DNA of 64,000 bases from Parabacteroides goldsteinii (GCA_963632335.1 CAVGUA010000109.1:21982-85981); one strand, 5' to 3'; shown: positions 40,746 to 53,578, counted from the stretch's first letter. Numbers and translations: made by a program. The notes: a model not told the origin generated them from the letters alone.

Positions 40746-43046
40746 TTAATAGAGGATTAGAGTTTTTGTTTCTTTTTCATACTCATGAGGCTATCGCCAT
40801 TTTGTTTCTGTCGTGTCTTCAATTAGTGCTGGGTTAAAATTACCGTCTAAAGCATATAAAATAAATTTCTTATTTTCAACATCATATATTTTCTAGACAA
40901 AATTATAACCGCTCGCTATTAGCTCATCTTCTGTTGTTACAGCTATTTTTTTATATGATTTGGCTGTTGTATATTTCATATACTATGATGTTGTAGTATC
41001 ATAATATGTTGAGCCTTCTGTTTTTGCATCTGGAGCAGCACTAAGTTTTTGGACAAAAAAATCAGTTGAATTTAAGTAAATATCTTTTAATGGATTATTT
41101 ATAGTCAGCTTAACATAAGTTCCCTCTGTCAACCCCAATTCTTCTGCTTCAGAGGTAGATAAATTAATAAATTTTCCGTCTGTAATATACCTGTCATCAG
41201 GTATTTCAATGTTTGCAATATCAAGAATTTCGTTATCTTTTCCTTGCGTTATAGTGTAAATTGTTTTGTAATTTTCGTCATCATGTTGTTTTGACATTCT
41301 AACGACTAATTTATCAAAATCAATGTATATTGGCTATTCTCTGTTAGCAATATCTAATTTTAGATATAATCCATTTTTTTGTTTTATTGGCTCGTCAGTG
41401 TATATCGAATCTTCAATTATAGAATTGTCGGTGTCAACATTATCATTGATTGAATAATATTTTTTATCATTATATTCAAATTCAGTGAGAATGCCGCCTT
41501 TTATAAACAATCCTGATTCTGTTTTTTTATAATAAACCTACCCATCAGCTAAAACATCACCACTTTGTAAAAATATTTTAGTATCACCTGCGTCATAACA
41601 ATGATATGTATAAACAACACTTTCTGTGCTTTCTCCGTCTCCAGTTAAAAGCGTCACTTCTCCATTTGAAATAACAAGATCCGACGGTACTAAAATATTA
41701 CCTACTTCCTTTTCGTTTTGGAGCAATGTATATTTTACATAATCATCATTTAATATTTTATCAAGTTGCAAATCAACACTATATTTCTCCCATCCAGAAT
41801 CAACAATAGTTCCTGTTAAATCAATTTTATAATAGGCAATATAAATACATTTTTCTTCTGTATTGTAGTAAACCCCTTTTGGTGTGCCAATTATATCTTT
41901 AAAATTTTCATCGTCAACAGAATAAGGATGTTTGTTGAAACAAGCAAGATATAAATCTCTAGCTTCTTTTTCGGTTAAAAGCGATTTAAAAAAATCTTCA
42001 AACTTTGGATTAACTCCAACATTATTTGTTTTATCATTGTCTAAATAATAAAGTGAATCAATCGTTTTTGTTATTATAGAGCCGTCTTTATTGATAATAG
42101 TAGTAGGTATTTGACCTGAAATTTTCATTGCCCACTCATTATCATACTCTTTAACCTATTCTTTGTTAATCAATGGGACTTCCTCTAAATTAAAGTAGTT
42201 ACCGCCAAGGTCTTTAACGTCAATATATAAAGACCAATCTTGATTTGCAATATCAAGCTGTAGGTATACTCCTTTTTTTAAAGTTGTATAATCATATATA
42301 TTAGAGCCAGAAACATAATTTGACGCATCAAATCTATTCTATTCATCATCAGTATTCTAAATATAAACATTTCCTGCTTGTGATGATTTTTTTAATTCTC
42401 CTTCTGTGACAATATCATCATCTGTATTTTTTATATAATAATAATTGCCAGCAGCCAATTGCTGTTCGGCTTTAATATATATTGTTTTGTATTGATTATT
42501 ATATGCTTTATATAATATTCCCTAAATAACTTTTAATCCATCATCACCAACCTTAACAACACATCCTGACTTTACAACTAAATCTGCATTGAAATTTAAT
42601 TTGCCAAATAAATCATTTCCTTTATAAAAGGAATATGTAATTATTCCATTTTGTTTTGTTGATACAACACTTAATTCTTCTGCATCACTTATTGAAAGTT
42701 TTGTGTCTCCAATTTGAAAATATTTTATTTTCAAATTTTCACCATCTTCTGTTTTTATTATCGCATTTTCTGTTTTTAATAAAGAAGATTTTGGAGTGTA
42801 TGTATATTGCTGTATAATATCGTTTGAGTTTGCAATTTCACGCCACTATCCAAGTTTAGAGTCAATACTGTTTTTTTTTGAAAAAATGTATGCTTTCCCT
42901 GTCTCTGTTACTGTTGCAATAAAACTATCTGGTAAATCATCAACATCAAAAGCCAATAATTGTTTTAATGTATCAAACCCATCTCGCTCAAAGTTTCTTA
43001 ACGGACCTTTATAGTCAAAGCCCGAACCTATAATAATTCCAGACAT
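40746..43046 (-). CDS. 766-aa tail protein, unknown function
   Basis: Fragments 40983, 41538, 42522 and 42846 share one frame and end in TAG. Gaps were checked. TAA at 40746-40748. The ATG at 43044-43046 overlaps the upstream TAA (TAATG). Confidence 0.75.
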
Positions 43047-44194
43047 TACTTAAATATAAATTTAATGGGTTCATCTGCGGTAAAATAATCATGCTTAATA
43101 TAGCATATATATGGTACGCCAACCGTTGTTTCGGAATCTTGATTTACTATTGAATACTATTTTGTGCTATTATCATACTGCACATTAAATGTTGTTTTGT
43201 TAAATAGATTAATTATTTCATAATTCATTATAATAGAAGACAATTCATTTAACTTTGCAGGATAAGCAAAAAATGGACACTTTTGCACAAAAGAAATACT
43301 ATCCGATTCAAAAGGCAAAGTATTTATATCTGTTACGATACAATTATTTAAATCATATTCAGTAATTGTTCTTGCAGCAACAGGATCTACTCCTGATTTC
43401 TTTTCAATTGTAGATATAACTTTTTTCTACAAGTTCGTGCTAGAAAACTAATACTACTAACTGTCCTGTATTGTATAATACTTGCCAGTAGCCGTTGATT
43501 GTTTTAACTAACCACCAAGCGTAAATATTATTTGATTTGCAGTATAATAAAAATCTAAACCATCTTCTAATGTAGAAGTATTTTTTAGATAAATAATACT
43601 CTATCCATTTGAAAAGCTATACCACTAAACAGTTTCATCTTTTTTTGACGTATTATTAATAACCCCAAAGAATGCTGGGTATACAATCTAAATTTTGATT
43701 GATGATGTTGTAGTCAAAAACTAATTTTGTAAAACAACATCAATATTAGCAATAGGGAATTGGGCAATATTTATTAGATAATAATAAATACCATTATCTA
43801 AAGCCGTTGCCTTAGTTGTGCAACCTTTATCTGAATATAGTTCAATATTATTTACTGTTGAAGTACTTAATATTGTACCATTATTTATTATTTTTACAGA
43901 TTTAACAGCTTCAACAACATTATTAATATCAATCTACAACAAAACTGATTTTTCATTATTTGTCATTAAATTCACAGCTTCGTTGTTGGCTGTAATAGTA
44001 ATAATTGGTTTATTGGGTTCAGTCAAGATTTGCTTTAACAAATCCTCAACCCTGTCGCCTTCCTTTACAATTGTGCCAGAAATGACCTCTCCTATAGGCT
44101 TTGTCACCTTAAACGGAGAGGTCTTTTCTGTCATCAAACTTGATATTAATATTTTTTCGTTGTTGTCAATCTGTATTTTTGAAATACTAGACAT
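43046..44194 (-). CDS. 382-aa tail protein, unknown function
   Basis: Fragment 43934..44194 was read through 13 further in-frame TAG to TAA at 43046-43048. Confidence 0.7.
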
Positions 44195-46737
44195 AATTAT
44201 TCAGAAAGTAATGTAACTGTTTTTCCGTTTGAACCTGTTAAAATTAAACTGCCATCTTCTTTAACCTAAAAATCAACATATACGGTTGGTGAATATGCTA
44301 ATCTCAATAAGTTGCTAGTGGATTCATTTCCATTAATATATAAAGCAGTTCCCGTAGAAGACGTGTCGTTTTCAATCTTTAAGCCAGTTCCTGTTCCTCC
44401 ATTTGTAATATATTCTCCAATTCCATTTCCTGAATTTGTAATCCTTGAACCAATACCATCATCTGCGGCATTTTCAACGCTGAATCCAGAACCAACTTCA
44501 TTATTAATATAAATACTTTCTTCAACACTTCCAGCTCCAATAAACTAACCAGTCATTGGAGTACTGCCGTCAAGACTTAATTTTGAATTATAAAATCCTG
44601 ACATTAAATCAGATGTTATAGTTTCTACGCCATCTGTATTAATAGTAAATGTCAAGCCTGATAAATTTCCACTATCATCAAAAGTCTAATTTGCAATAAT
44701 AGTACTAGAAGAACCATCTTCTCCGTCTTTACCAGCAGCTCCAGAAGGTAGTGAAATTGAAGTAGTTGAACCATCATCAAGATTAACATACATCTTTGTT
44801 AAATCAGCAGATTGCGTCACAGATTCAATGCCAACGCCCTTTTCTCCTTGCGCTCCTGTATCTCCTTTTTGACCGTCCTAAACGTCAAACATAATAACAT
44901 CTGTTAATTCTCCATTAAACATAATAGGCGAATCAAAAGTCATCGTAACAAGTTGATACCCAGCAGAATTATCAGTCGCATCAACATGAGTAATGCCAAT
45001 GTCTTTTATTCCTGTCCCTGTTGCGCCCTTAGCTCCTCTATGTATCTTGAACTAAACTTCAGTTGTACTCTCGCCATTAAATTCAACATAATCATCAAAA
45101 GTAAGAGTACAAACAGAATAGCCGTTTTCTAAAATATTACCATCTTCATCAACAAGATTCGAATCGTCGATAAAAAATTTATTTATTCCATTGCCTTTTT
45201 CTCCAATTATTCCTTGTTTGCCATCGTAAATTTTAACAGCTTTTGATAATTGTGTTTTAGCTTCGTCATTTAATTTAAATGATACTGTAGTATAACCGTC
45301 AACAACAACAACATTGTCTTTAATAACAGGTTCAGTATATTCAGATTCAACACTGCCAACTGAATAGCCTCGCTCGCCCTATATACCCTGATCACCCTTC
45401 GGTATTGTCAACGTGTCGGTTTGATGAGAGTCGCTTAGAACAAATGCGAATCTACCGTTGCCATCCTCGTCGTTTGAAATCTTTTTTATATCAGATACAC
45501 CAACTCCTTGAATTCCTCTCTAAACATGAATTGGGCTTGGTAGTGCATTCCCGTTTGCACTGAATGTTACAATAGTATCACCAGTTGTATCATAAGAATA
45601 ACTAACACTATCAACTGAATCGCCAGTCTCTCCTTTTTGACCTTTAGACACTTCTATTGACGTTGGCAAATAATTGCCATTTGTTGTCTAAAACTAAACC
45701 TACGTATTGCCACTTGATAACTAAGTCTCCTTTACATCTACAATTGACGCGCCATCAAAGACGTTAACAGAACCAATTGAATTTGTCGTGTTTTCTCCTG
45801 CGTAAAACTTTATAGTTGAATAACCCAAGCTCGTTGATGAACCATCAGTATGTGTGCTAGTCGCAAGAGTTACCGAATCGCCTTTTGCTCCCGAATCGCC
45901 TTTTGCTCCTCTTGGTATGTAAATTGTTTTCTATGTGCCATTATACATTGTAAAAACAATAGGAGTTTTATAGTCAGTTGTAAGATTCTATACGTCAACA
46001 CTTTTGATATTAGTTCCTATCGCAGGAAGCTAAACTGTTGATTTAGTATTATCAGTGTAAGTTATTATAATATCAGTAGTACCATCAGCATTAGTAGTAT
46101 CATTGGCAGTAATTTGCTTTATACCAATTCCATCATCACCTGAATTGCCATCAGGTACTTTAAATTCATACGGACCACCTTTGCTTGTGGTAACCTTTAC
46201 TAAAGTATAGTTGCGATCCGTTGACCATTGCCCAGCATCATTTACTGCAGTTATTCCAGTTATGCTTGTGCCGTCTGCACCCTTTGCTCCAGTTGCGCCT
46301 TTTTCTCCCTAAATACCCTAATCTCCTTTAGCTCCAGTTGCGCCCTTTTGACCATTGTAAACAAATATTTTTCCAAGCGTACTGCCTTGATCTCCAACTA
46401 AATAATATGTATTACAGGCACCACTTTCAGTACTTATTGTATTATATGATAGTTGGTTTATTCCTTCTGGTCTTTTAATTTTAAATTGTTTTATATCACC
46501 ATTGCTTAATGTGCATGAAACAACATATTGTTTTGCTTCTGTACTAACTGAAATGTCAGTTAAACCATTACCATCAACACCAAGCCATTCCTTTACTGCT
46601 TCTTTTTCAAGGTCTGTTAAATCGTCCTTTGTTGTACTAGCTGCTGCTTTGAAAATAGCTTTTGCTATTTCAGGATTGCTAGTCAAATCCTCATATGCTA
46701 TATAATGAACCGCATCTGGGTCTTTGTAACTGTACAT
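44167..46737 (-). CDS. Collagen-like tail fibre, 856 aa
   Basis: I translated every codon by hand. 17 in-frame TAG, no TAA/TGA until TGA at 44167-44169. Nine short Gly-X-Y tracts (for example GEKGATGAKGADG, GAKGDSGAKGDS, GQKGDTGAQGEKG) alternate with beta-rich modules. Confidence 0.85.
45873..45908 (-). repeat. Perfect 18-nt tandem duplication inside the collagen fibre
   Basis: ccgaatcgccttttgctc occurs twice in tandem and encodes GAKGDS-GAKGDS. Confidence 0.9.
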
Positions 46738-47006
46738 TATTCTTGATTTAATAAATATTCTTGATATTTTTTATTATTGGGAATATCATAAAAATTATCT
46801 ATAAGAGTTATTAGGGCTAGCAATTTACTATATTCTGGCCAATAACCTTTATTCATTCGTTTCATTAGTTTAAGAAACCTATCAATAGCCACCAATTTCA
46901 AATTATTGATGACAACCACATCCGCTCTTCCTTTCATTTGTTGTGTTGTTTGAACATATCCCTCCACACGCATGAATCCAATCAAGTATTCTTGCTGCTT
47001 CATCAA
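46737..47006 (-). CDS. Small hypothetical protein, start uncertain
   Basis: Its TAA overlaps the fibre ATG (TAATG). The longest form overlaps the upstream gene by 104 nt. An internal ATG at 46863-46865 would give 42 aa. Confidence 0.35.
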   Translation of the reverse strand: MMKQQEYLIGFMRVEGYVQTTQQMKGRADVVVINNLKLVAIDRFLKLMKRMNKGYWPEYSKLLALITLIDNFYDIPNNKKYQEYLLNQE

Positions 47007-47706
47007 AATGGTTTAGTTCCATACAATATTGAATAATACTTAATGCCATTGATGCCAAGTCTCGTTTATAAGTTATGTTTTCAGAAGTAGAATTGCATTT
47101 AGAACAAGTATAACTATCTAAAATTTTTTGACAATAATTTACGTAACAAAGTCTCAAAAAATGTAAACTAAGAATTTGGTTGCTATCATAGTTACATTTA
47201 AAAACACCATTCTCAAAGCTATTCTAAACTTCTGTTAAAAACGACTGACCAATTGTCTTAAATTCAACACATGTATCTTCTGCTGTATATATAGTCGTAC
47301 TTGAAGTTGTACTTTTTGTCAATTTATGAAATATACACTTGTTTGTAGAGGCGTCAAAATAATATATTCCATTCGGATAGGCAGCATATAATTCAGCATT
47401 TGTGTATTGAGAAATCCACTTCTACGTTGGTATTATAACATGATACACCTCAAAAACACCATCTTCTTCAAGCAGAAAACTCATCTTATCATCAACATTA
47501 GTACTTTTAGTGGTAACATAATGTGGTAAAATGCGAGCATCAACAAAAGCGGCCTCTCCATCTTCGTTCATTTTACATACAACATTCATTGTTGCTGAGT
47601 TACTCCATTGGAAAAGTTTTTTATCTGTAGTACTACTGTCATAAGTATCTTCGGCAATAACAGTAAGTCTATTTAAGTCTGTTTTTAAAAAAAATTTAAG
47701 TTCCAT
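46903..47706 (-). CDS. 267-aa protein with Cys-rich C-terminus
   Basis: Fragments 47422 (TAG) and 46903 (TAA) share one frame; the gap was checked. The C-terminus reads ...HACGGICSNNTTNERKSGCGCHQ. Confidence 0.7.
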
Positions 47707-47708
47707 AA

Positions 47709-49916
47709 TTAATGTCGCATTTGTACAATTCTATCATTATTTGGATTGCCGTCATTTAACTATTCTATTTCAGCTTCTGTTCTCTTATCATCATTTTTAT
47801 TCTCATTATTAACAGAAGACCTTTCAGTTTGTGCATTGAACCACCTAATCTTAACATCGTCAGCAGCCTTTTGCTCTTCAAGTTTCATCTTACGTTCGTC
47901 GTATTGCTATATCTACTGAGTTAATTGCTAGTTCTGCTTCTATAACTATTGTAATTGTTGCTGGAATTGCATAAGCTACTCTTGTGCCTACTTGAGCTAA
48001 TCATTTTCTTTTTTAAATTTATCGGTTGCTTTCCGAACACTTGATTTAGCCTAAGACAAACTTTTTGAAGTCATGACTTCAAATATAGTGTCCATTCCCA
48101 TCACTCCTGACTACATTAGCTATGGAACAATGGCTTTAATAGTTTCCAAGTCTCTAGCAATGTCCGAATTTGCAGTTACATGGACATCAAAATCAGTTGT
48201 CGTAAAATTATCTGGCAAAGCAGTGAATATTTTCTAGTATTGTTCTCCTAAAATAATTGTTCCAGTCAGTCCCTTTTTGTATACTATTTTTGCGAGATTT
48301 AATGAATCACTAAGTATTTCCTCTGTTACTAAATCCATTTGTTGGAACCAATGCTTTGTAATAATAAACGAATTATTTGCACTGACTTTTACATTTGTAA
48401 CTGCATCTCTTTGTTCAATTCCATTTAATCGCTCCCTAAAGACACCACTTATAGAACAAACTGTATTTTCAATTGATTCAATTGCAAGTTGTATTGCCTA
48501 AATTGACCCTAGTTTAGCAGTATCATCATAACCACTAAATGTCGTGTTCAACGATTGTCCAGTTGCATAACGTCCTTCCTGTGAAGTATCTATTAAAGCC
48601 AACCCTTGCTTTTTCATTGCAATCCACTTCTGTAGTCTTTCAACAGTATCTGTTCCAAGAATTGCAGGCAACATTGACACATCTAACCAATCGCCACTAG
48701 AACCTGAATTTGCAATTAACGTATCACGATAAAAATGCAACAAGTCATATTTATCTTGCAGGTGCATACATGCTATTACAAAACTAAATGGTTCATTGTT
48801 TCGATTATCAAAATAAACACCATTAATACTTAATGACGCATAAGTTGGATTAGTTATACTCCTCTATACAGTCTCATCTTTTCCTGTTAAAACAAAAATG
48901 TCTTCACCAATTCGAATGGTTTTATAACGCTACATAACATAATCGCTATCAGTCTCAAGCCATTCGACTTCATAAACAGGCACAAGACGATAATTATAGT
49001 TACTTACTTTATTGTATGGGTATCCTGGCGTTGTTACTTCATGGTCTGCCATTAAACCAGGAGTTTCCTAACACTTGTCATGAAACAATCTAACATACTT
49101 TCCTGGAGCATCATACTTTTCTTCACCAAGCATGTCTTTTATGCTTTGCTTATCCTCTTTCGACAAAACCGCTCCGTATTTATTTAATATCTATGATTTT
49201 GTCATCCAACGACGGACAACTGCTCTATAAGAATCTTTTATATAAGGAGAATCTGGATTTTTGTCAATAAAAGTATTTAACGGATTTAATACTTCTATCT
49301 AAATATTGCCACCATCAGACGTTGGTTTTACTTGGTAAAATGTATAACCTGTGATTAAAAGATCTAACAACAAAGTTTTTAACTTTGTCTATAAATCCAT
49401 TTGTCTTGATTGAATAATATACTATATTACATCTTGCGCAGCAATTTCAAATTTTGAAACAAAATTTTCAGAAACATCCGCAATTAAAGCTTCTATTTCT
49501 TTACCTACATATGGGTCGGTAAGATTGTTTTTATCACCTGTTTGTAAAAAGTCTAAAATTTTGTTTTTTGCTTTTTTCTATAATGTTGTATAAACCTCCT
49601 TAGTAATAGTCAACTCTTTTTCACGCATTATTTTTGAAATAGTATCTTGATCCTTGCAAGATACTTTTGGTATTATTGGAGAACCAAGATATTCTCCAAT
49701 CAAAGCGTCAACATGTTTGCGTATTAACGGAGTAAAGCTAACGCTGATAGGACTACCAACTCCAAAATTTTCTTCAAGAAATCTGAATTGTTCCTCATCA
49801 CGTTTGCCATTATAATAATTGTACGCCTTCTGCAAATCGTCCTTATCATAAACCAATTCGGAAATAGCCCTATTGGTTTCTTCAATCATGTCCTATTCTG
49901 TTTTTGTATATTCCAT
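47709..49916 (-). CDS. Portal protein (SPP1 Gp6-like N-terminal YYxG signature), about 735 aa
   Basis: Fragments 49578 and 48498 plus the gaps form one frame with over 20 in-frame TAG, ending at TAA 47709-47711. The N-terminus reads ...LQKAYNYYNGKRD.... The C-terminal coiled coil is Gln-rich. The alternative start is 49889. Confidence 0.7.
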
Positions 49917-49953
49917 GCTAAACGATTTTATTTTGTCTAAAAATAATATTTTT

Positions 49954-50238
49954 TTAACATATGAGCTACGTCTAGACAGAAGGTTCGTCAATTATACGTC
50001 TATTTATTTTATACATATAAAAGCCGTCAACATTCATCCCACGTATTTGCTCTTTAAAAAATTTTAAAAATTTTTCTTCTGGTAAATCACCTTGAATAAT
50101 AGTAGGCGCATCAACATCTGGTATACCAAGTTTTACTATGAAACCATATTTTGTCTACTCTAATTTTAAAGAGCCAACATAATCACAATCCCATGTTTGA
50201 TTTATAATATTTATCAAATCGTTTTTTGTCATATACAT
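49954..50238 (-). CDS. 94-aa hypothetical protein
   Basis: The ATG at 50236-50238 overlaps the TGA region of the upstream gene. Three in-frame TAG, TAA at 49954-49956. Confidence 0.6.
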
Positions 50239-51191
50239 CCAATCTTTTTTCGAAGATTATTTATTTGTGCTGCTAATTTATTACAATTGTCAATGTAGTT
50301 TTCATGTACACTTCCACTATAATTATTCTCGCAATACCCAGCTTCTAATAATTTAGGAATTAAATCTTTTGCTTTCATATTATAAACATCAATTCCTTTA
50401 TTAACGTATCTTGGAAGCTTAAATAATTTATTAACTTTTAAATTGCAATACTCTTCAACGTTTTTTGGAGCACAATAATATACTAAATGATATTTACCAT
50501 CTTTTTCAGATTTCTAAAATCTCAATGCAACATTATCCGCAAAAGCTCCTGCGTTTATATTGCCAAAGTTATTATAAACACTAGCTCCCTTTTTCCCCCA
50601 ATCAGATTCTAAAACATCCTAAGCTATTAAATAATTAATCATTGCATCGCTTTTGATACCAATTGATTTATAACCGTCATTCAATGCCTTAACAAATTCT
50701 TCTTTTGTCCAATCGGTCCTCCCGTCAGGAGTTAATGTTCTATCTTCCTTATAATTTTTTCTCCAAAGCTATTCTGGCGTTTTGTTTATTACAACATTTT
50801 TATTTCCCTTCTTGGATATTAGCCATTCATATGATTCTGGATTCGGTTCACCAGAAGTAACATCTTTTTCATTAATATCTTCTTTTGAAGAATCTTCTTC
50901 CTCTGTCTATTTTTGCTGTTTGAATAAAAAGGTATTTTCAAAACCAGGTATTGAGAGCTTTTGTGTTTTTTTTGAACTATTAATAGTTTTTATAAAATTA
51001 TCAAACAAACTTCCTTTAACGGTTGTTGCTGCAGATTCAAATATTGTAGGTTTTAATTTCTATGCTATACCCTATCCCCCACCCTGATTTTTACTTTCAC
51101 CAACAGTTCCTCCGTTCTAATAAGAAGGTATATCAAAAAAAGTATTTTTTTTTATGTTTACATTGGCATTCTCTTTGAATTTTATAAACAT
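50229..51191 (-). CDS. Peptidoglycan hydrolase with GH73 (N-acetylglucosaminidase/FlgJ-like) domain, 320 aa
   Basis: No fragment of this gene appears in the track because it is cut by 8 TAG. The hand-read frame is open from the ATG at 51189-51191 to TGA at 50229-50231. The motif is ...LIA-Q(TAG)-DVLESDWGKKGASVYNNFGNI... Confidence 0.7.
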
Positions 51192-51886
51192 TATCGTACA
51201 GGTTTGAATGATTTATTATGAACTTTTCTATTCCAAGAAGACATTGCATCAAGTACTTTATTCATGTCATTTTGATTGATATAATCAGGAACTCTAGCCG
51301 CGTCGCATGCTCTAAGCCATTCCATTTTTAACATCTACGCTGTTGCTAAAACACTCTAATTTAAAGTCATATATACTTCTTTCATTTTTGTGATGTATGC
51401 TACGTATGCGGCTATTGCCAATGCCTCTTTATCATTTATTTTTGGTAGTCCATCTTCACCAAGATATTCTCCTTTATATAATACCTTTACTTTACCAACA
51501 CAATCTTTGAAATACAATGTATTGCCAATTCTATTATATTGTAACAAATGACCACTTTGATATAATGGATCCGTGTTGCGTTTTTGAGATTCAATATATT
51601 GTTCTGTATGTGCCGATGAAATATCTCCTTCCCAACTATTATTTGTTACGTAATTCCAATCTTCAGGATCTGCTGTAACACTTTCAATTATATCAGCATT
51701 ACATGGTAATTCAAGTGAATTATCTTCACTGTTTACTTCTCCAATATATTGATAAACACGTATTTGTTTGTTACCTATTAGATTATGTGCAATCAACGCC
51801 AATTCTTCAAATTTAGATGTTGATAATTCAACACCGTATAATTCCTTTGCTAAAAAGGCCGCACGGCCCATATCATCGTATGTCAT
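51191..51886 (-). CDS. 231-aa head/neck-module protein, unknown function
   Basis: Fragment 51356..51886 was read through two TAG to TAA at 51191-51193, which overlaps the next ATG (TAATG). Confidence 0.7.
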
Positions 51887-52554
51887 TTATATGCCTAATC
51901 GTTTATTTGTAATGCTCTTTGCGTCCTGTAAATCTAAAGTTTTTCTTGTACAATCTGTTTTCGGACCTCATCATCTATTACGCTAGTTGTCATGTTTTCT
52001 ATATCTGCACAGCAGCTGTAATCTTTTATTTGCCGTAAATCCTTAAATACCGCAACTACTGAAACTTCTTTCAAAAACGGAGCGTTAAAAACAAAACAAT
52101 CTAATTTGTTATTTGCGTTTGGGGCAGGATCAATATATACGTACGGTTTATTTTTACCCCTCCTCCTATATTTATCATATTTATTTTCAAAATCAGACAT
52201 AATATAATACTCAAAAGAGTTCATTCTGTCAGTTGAGCCAATATAATAAATTGCATTTTCATTTAAATCATCATAAAGCAATGGAATCTCAAAATGCAAA
52301 TTAGGAGTTTCGTTTTCACCCCTACATTTAGGGCACCGCTCCAAATAGTCACAATCAACAGGTATACAATTAATGGCAAATAACAAATCTTTTATTGGCA
52401 ATATTTTATTTAATTGCATCTATCGCATTATTGAGATGCGTTTTGCAACTATCTCATCCTCAATTTGTTCGATTGAAATTGAATTACCAATATGTTCATT
52501 TTGTAGACCACCATAAATATCATTATAGATAGCCGATGCTAATTTCGTATACAT
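51883..52554 (-). CDS. 223-aa head/neck-module protein, unknown function
   Basis: Fragment 51934..52419 extends both ways through TAG. The ATG at 52552-52554 comes straight after the terminator T-run. TGA at 51883-51885 forms an ATGA overlap with the next gene. Confidence 0.65.
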
Positions 52555-52563
52555 AATAAAAAA

Positions 52564-52593
52564 TAGGCTAAGGCTAATAAAAGCCTTAGCCTA
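52564..52593 (-). terminator. Rho-independent terminator
   Basis: 12-bp stem taggctaaggct/agccttagccta with a 6-nt loop, followed by T6 on the minus strand. It lies 26 nt past the TAA at 52619. Confidence 0.75.
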
Positions 52594-52618
52594 TTAGGTT
52601 TAAAATTAAATCAGTTTA

Positions 52619-53578
52619 TTAAATCTTAGAAGTTGGAACCTCAACGTACTTGGAAGTTACTCCTGTTACGGTCTCAAGATCAGTAAGGAACGCCTCGGCA
52701 ATTCCAGCTGCAGGAGTAGTAGTGCCAGTTGCTTCATTTTCAGCAGGTTTGGAATCTGCAACATAGAATACATGAGTGGTACGAGACTTTGCAAGGCCGC
52801 CCATTACATCGCCATTTCCAAGTCCACGCTCTGCTTCATACGTGACAGTAATTTGAGTATAATAAGTACCTTGAACAGGCTGGTCATCATTTGGCTCGCC
52901 GCCCATAAGGTCGCCTACTGCGATGCCATACCAATAACGATTTTCGCAAGTTGGGAGGCGAAGGTCTTTAAGCGCATGAGTGTAATCTCCAAACGCTTCC
53001 TTTCCTACACAGACAGCGGTAACTTTACCGTCGACTGGTTTGAATACATAAGGTTGTACAAGTGCATCAGCATCAGAATAAGGGGTTGTGTCCTTATCAA
53101 GAACCTGAAGCTGTACGCCATAGCCATTGTCCTGTGTAAGGAACTTCTAGAATTGGTTCTTGGCGGTGATAACTACCTTACCGTCAGAAGCCTTTATAGA
53201 AAGAAGATCTTCACCATACTATGCAAGGCAATACTTCTTGCAAAGAGAAACGACTTCAGCAGCAGTCTTGCCGCCGACAAACTCGCCAAGATATAAAGGC
53301 TTGCCCTTGAAGCTGTAGTCAGTAGCATAAATAGACGCATTGTTATTGGAAATGCGAATGTAAACTGCAATCCTGTATCGCTTGGATGCGTCAAGACCGC
53401 TAACATCAACACTTGCAGATGCAAGCTCAGCCTTGGAAGCCTTGTTTACAGAAATGGAAGTTACCTTGTGGTCATCATCAATACGAAATTCAGGACCAAA
53501 ATTCAAGCGAAACTTGTTGTCAGTTGTGGACCACGTACCAGCGGTATTCACAAAATTAGTTGTTGTATACTACAACAT
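52619..53578 (-). CDS. 319-aa abundant-type virion protein (higher GC, biased codons)
   Basis: Fragments 52619 (TAA) and 53219 (TAG) share one frame; the gap was checked. ATG at 53576-53578. A strong terminator follows. Confidence 0.75.

Noticed and set aside
44167-44230. The collagen fibre might end as ..GKTVTLLSE-TAA at 44198, implying a frameshift near 44220.
   Set aside because: A recount of the T-run (four T, not five) keeps the original frame. That frame ends at TGA 44167 and simply overlaps the next gene by 28 nt.
52772-53296. Long plus-strand ORFs: 52772..53296 (174 aa), 57458..58108 (216 aa), 22489..22929 (146 aa), 43818..44216 (132 aa), 26061..26405 and others.
   Set aside because: They lie antisense to well-supported minus-strand genes and have low-complexity or odd composition. 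They arise where the GC-richer coding strand lacks stops in the opposite frames.
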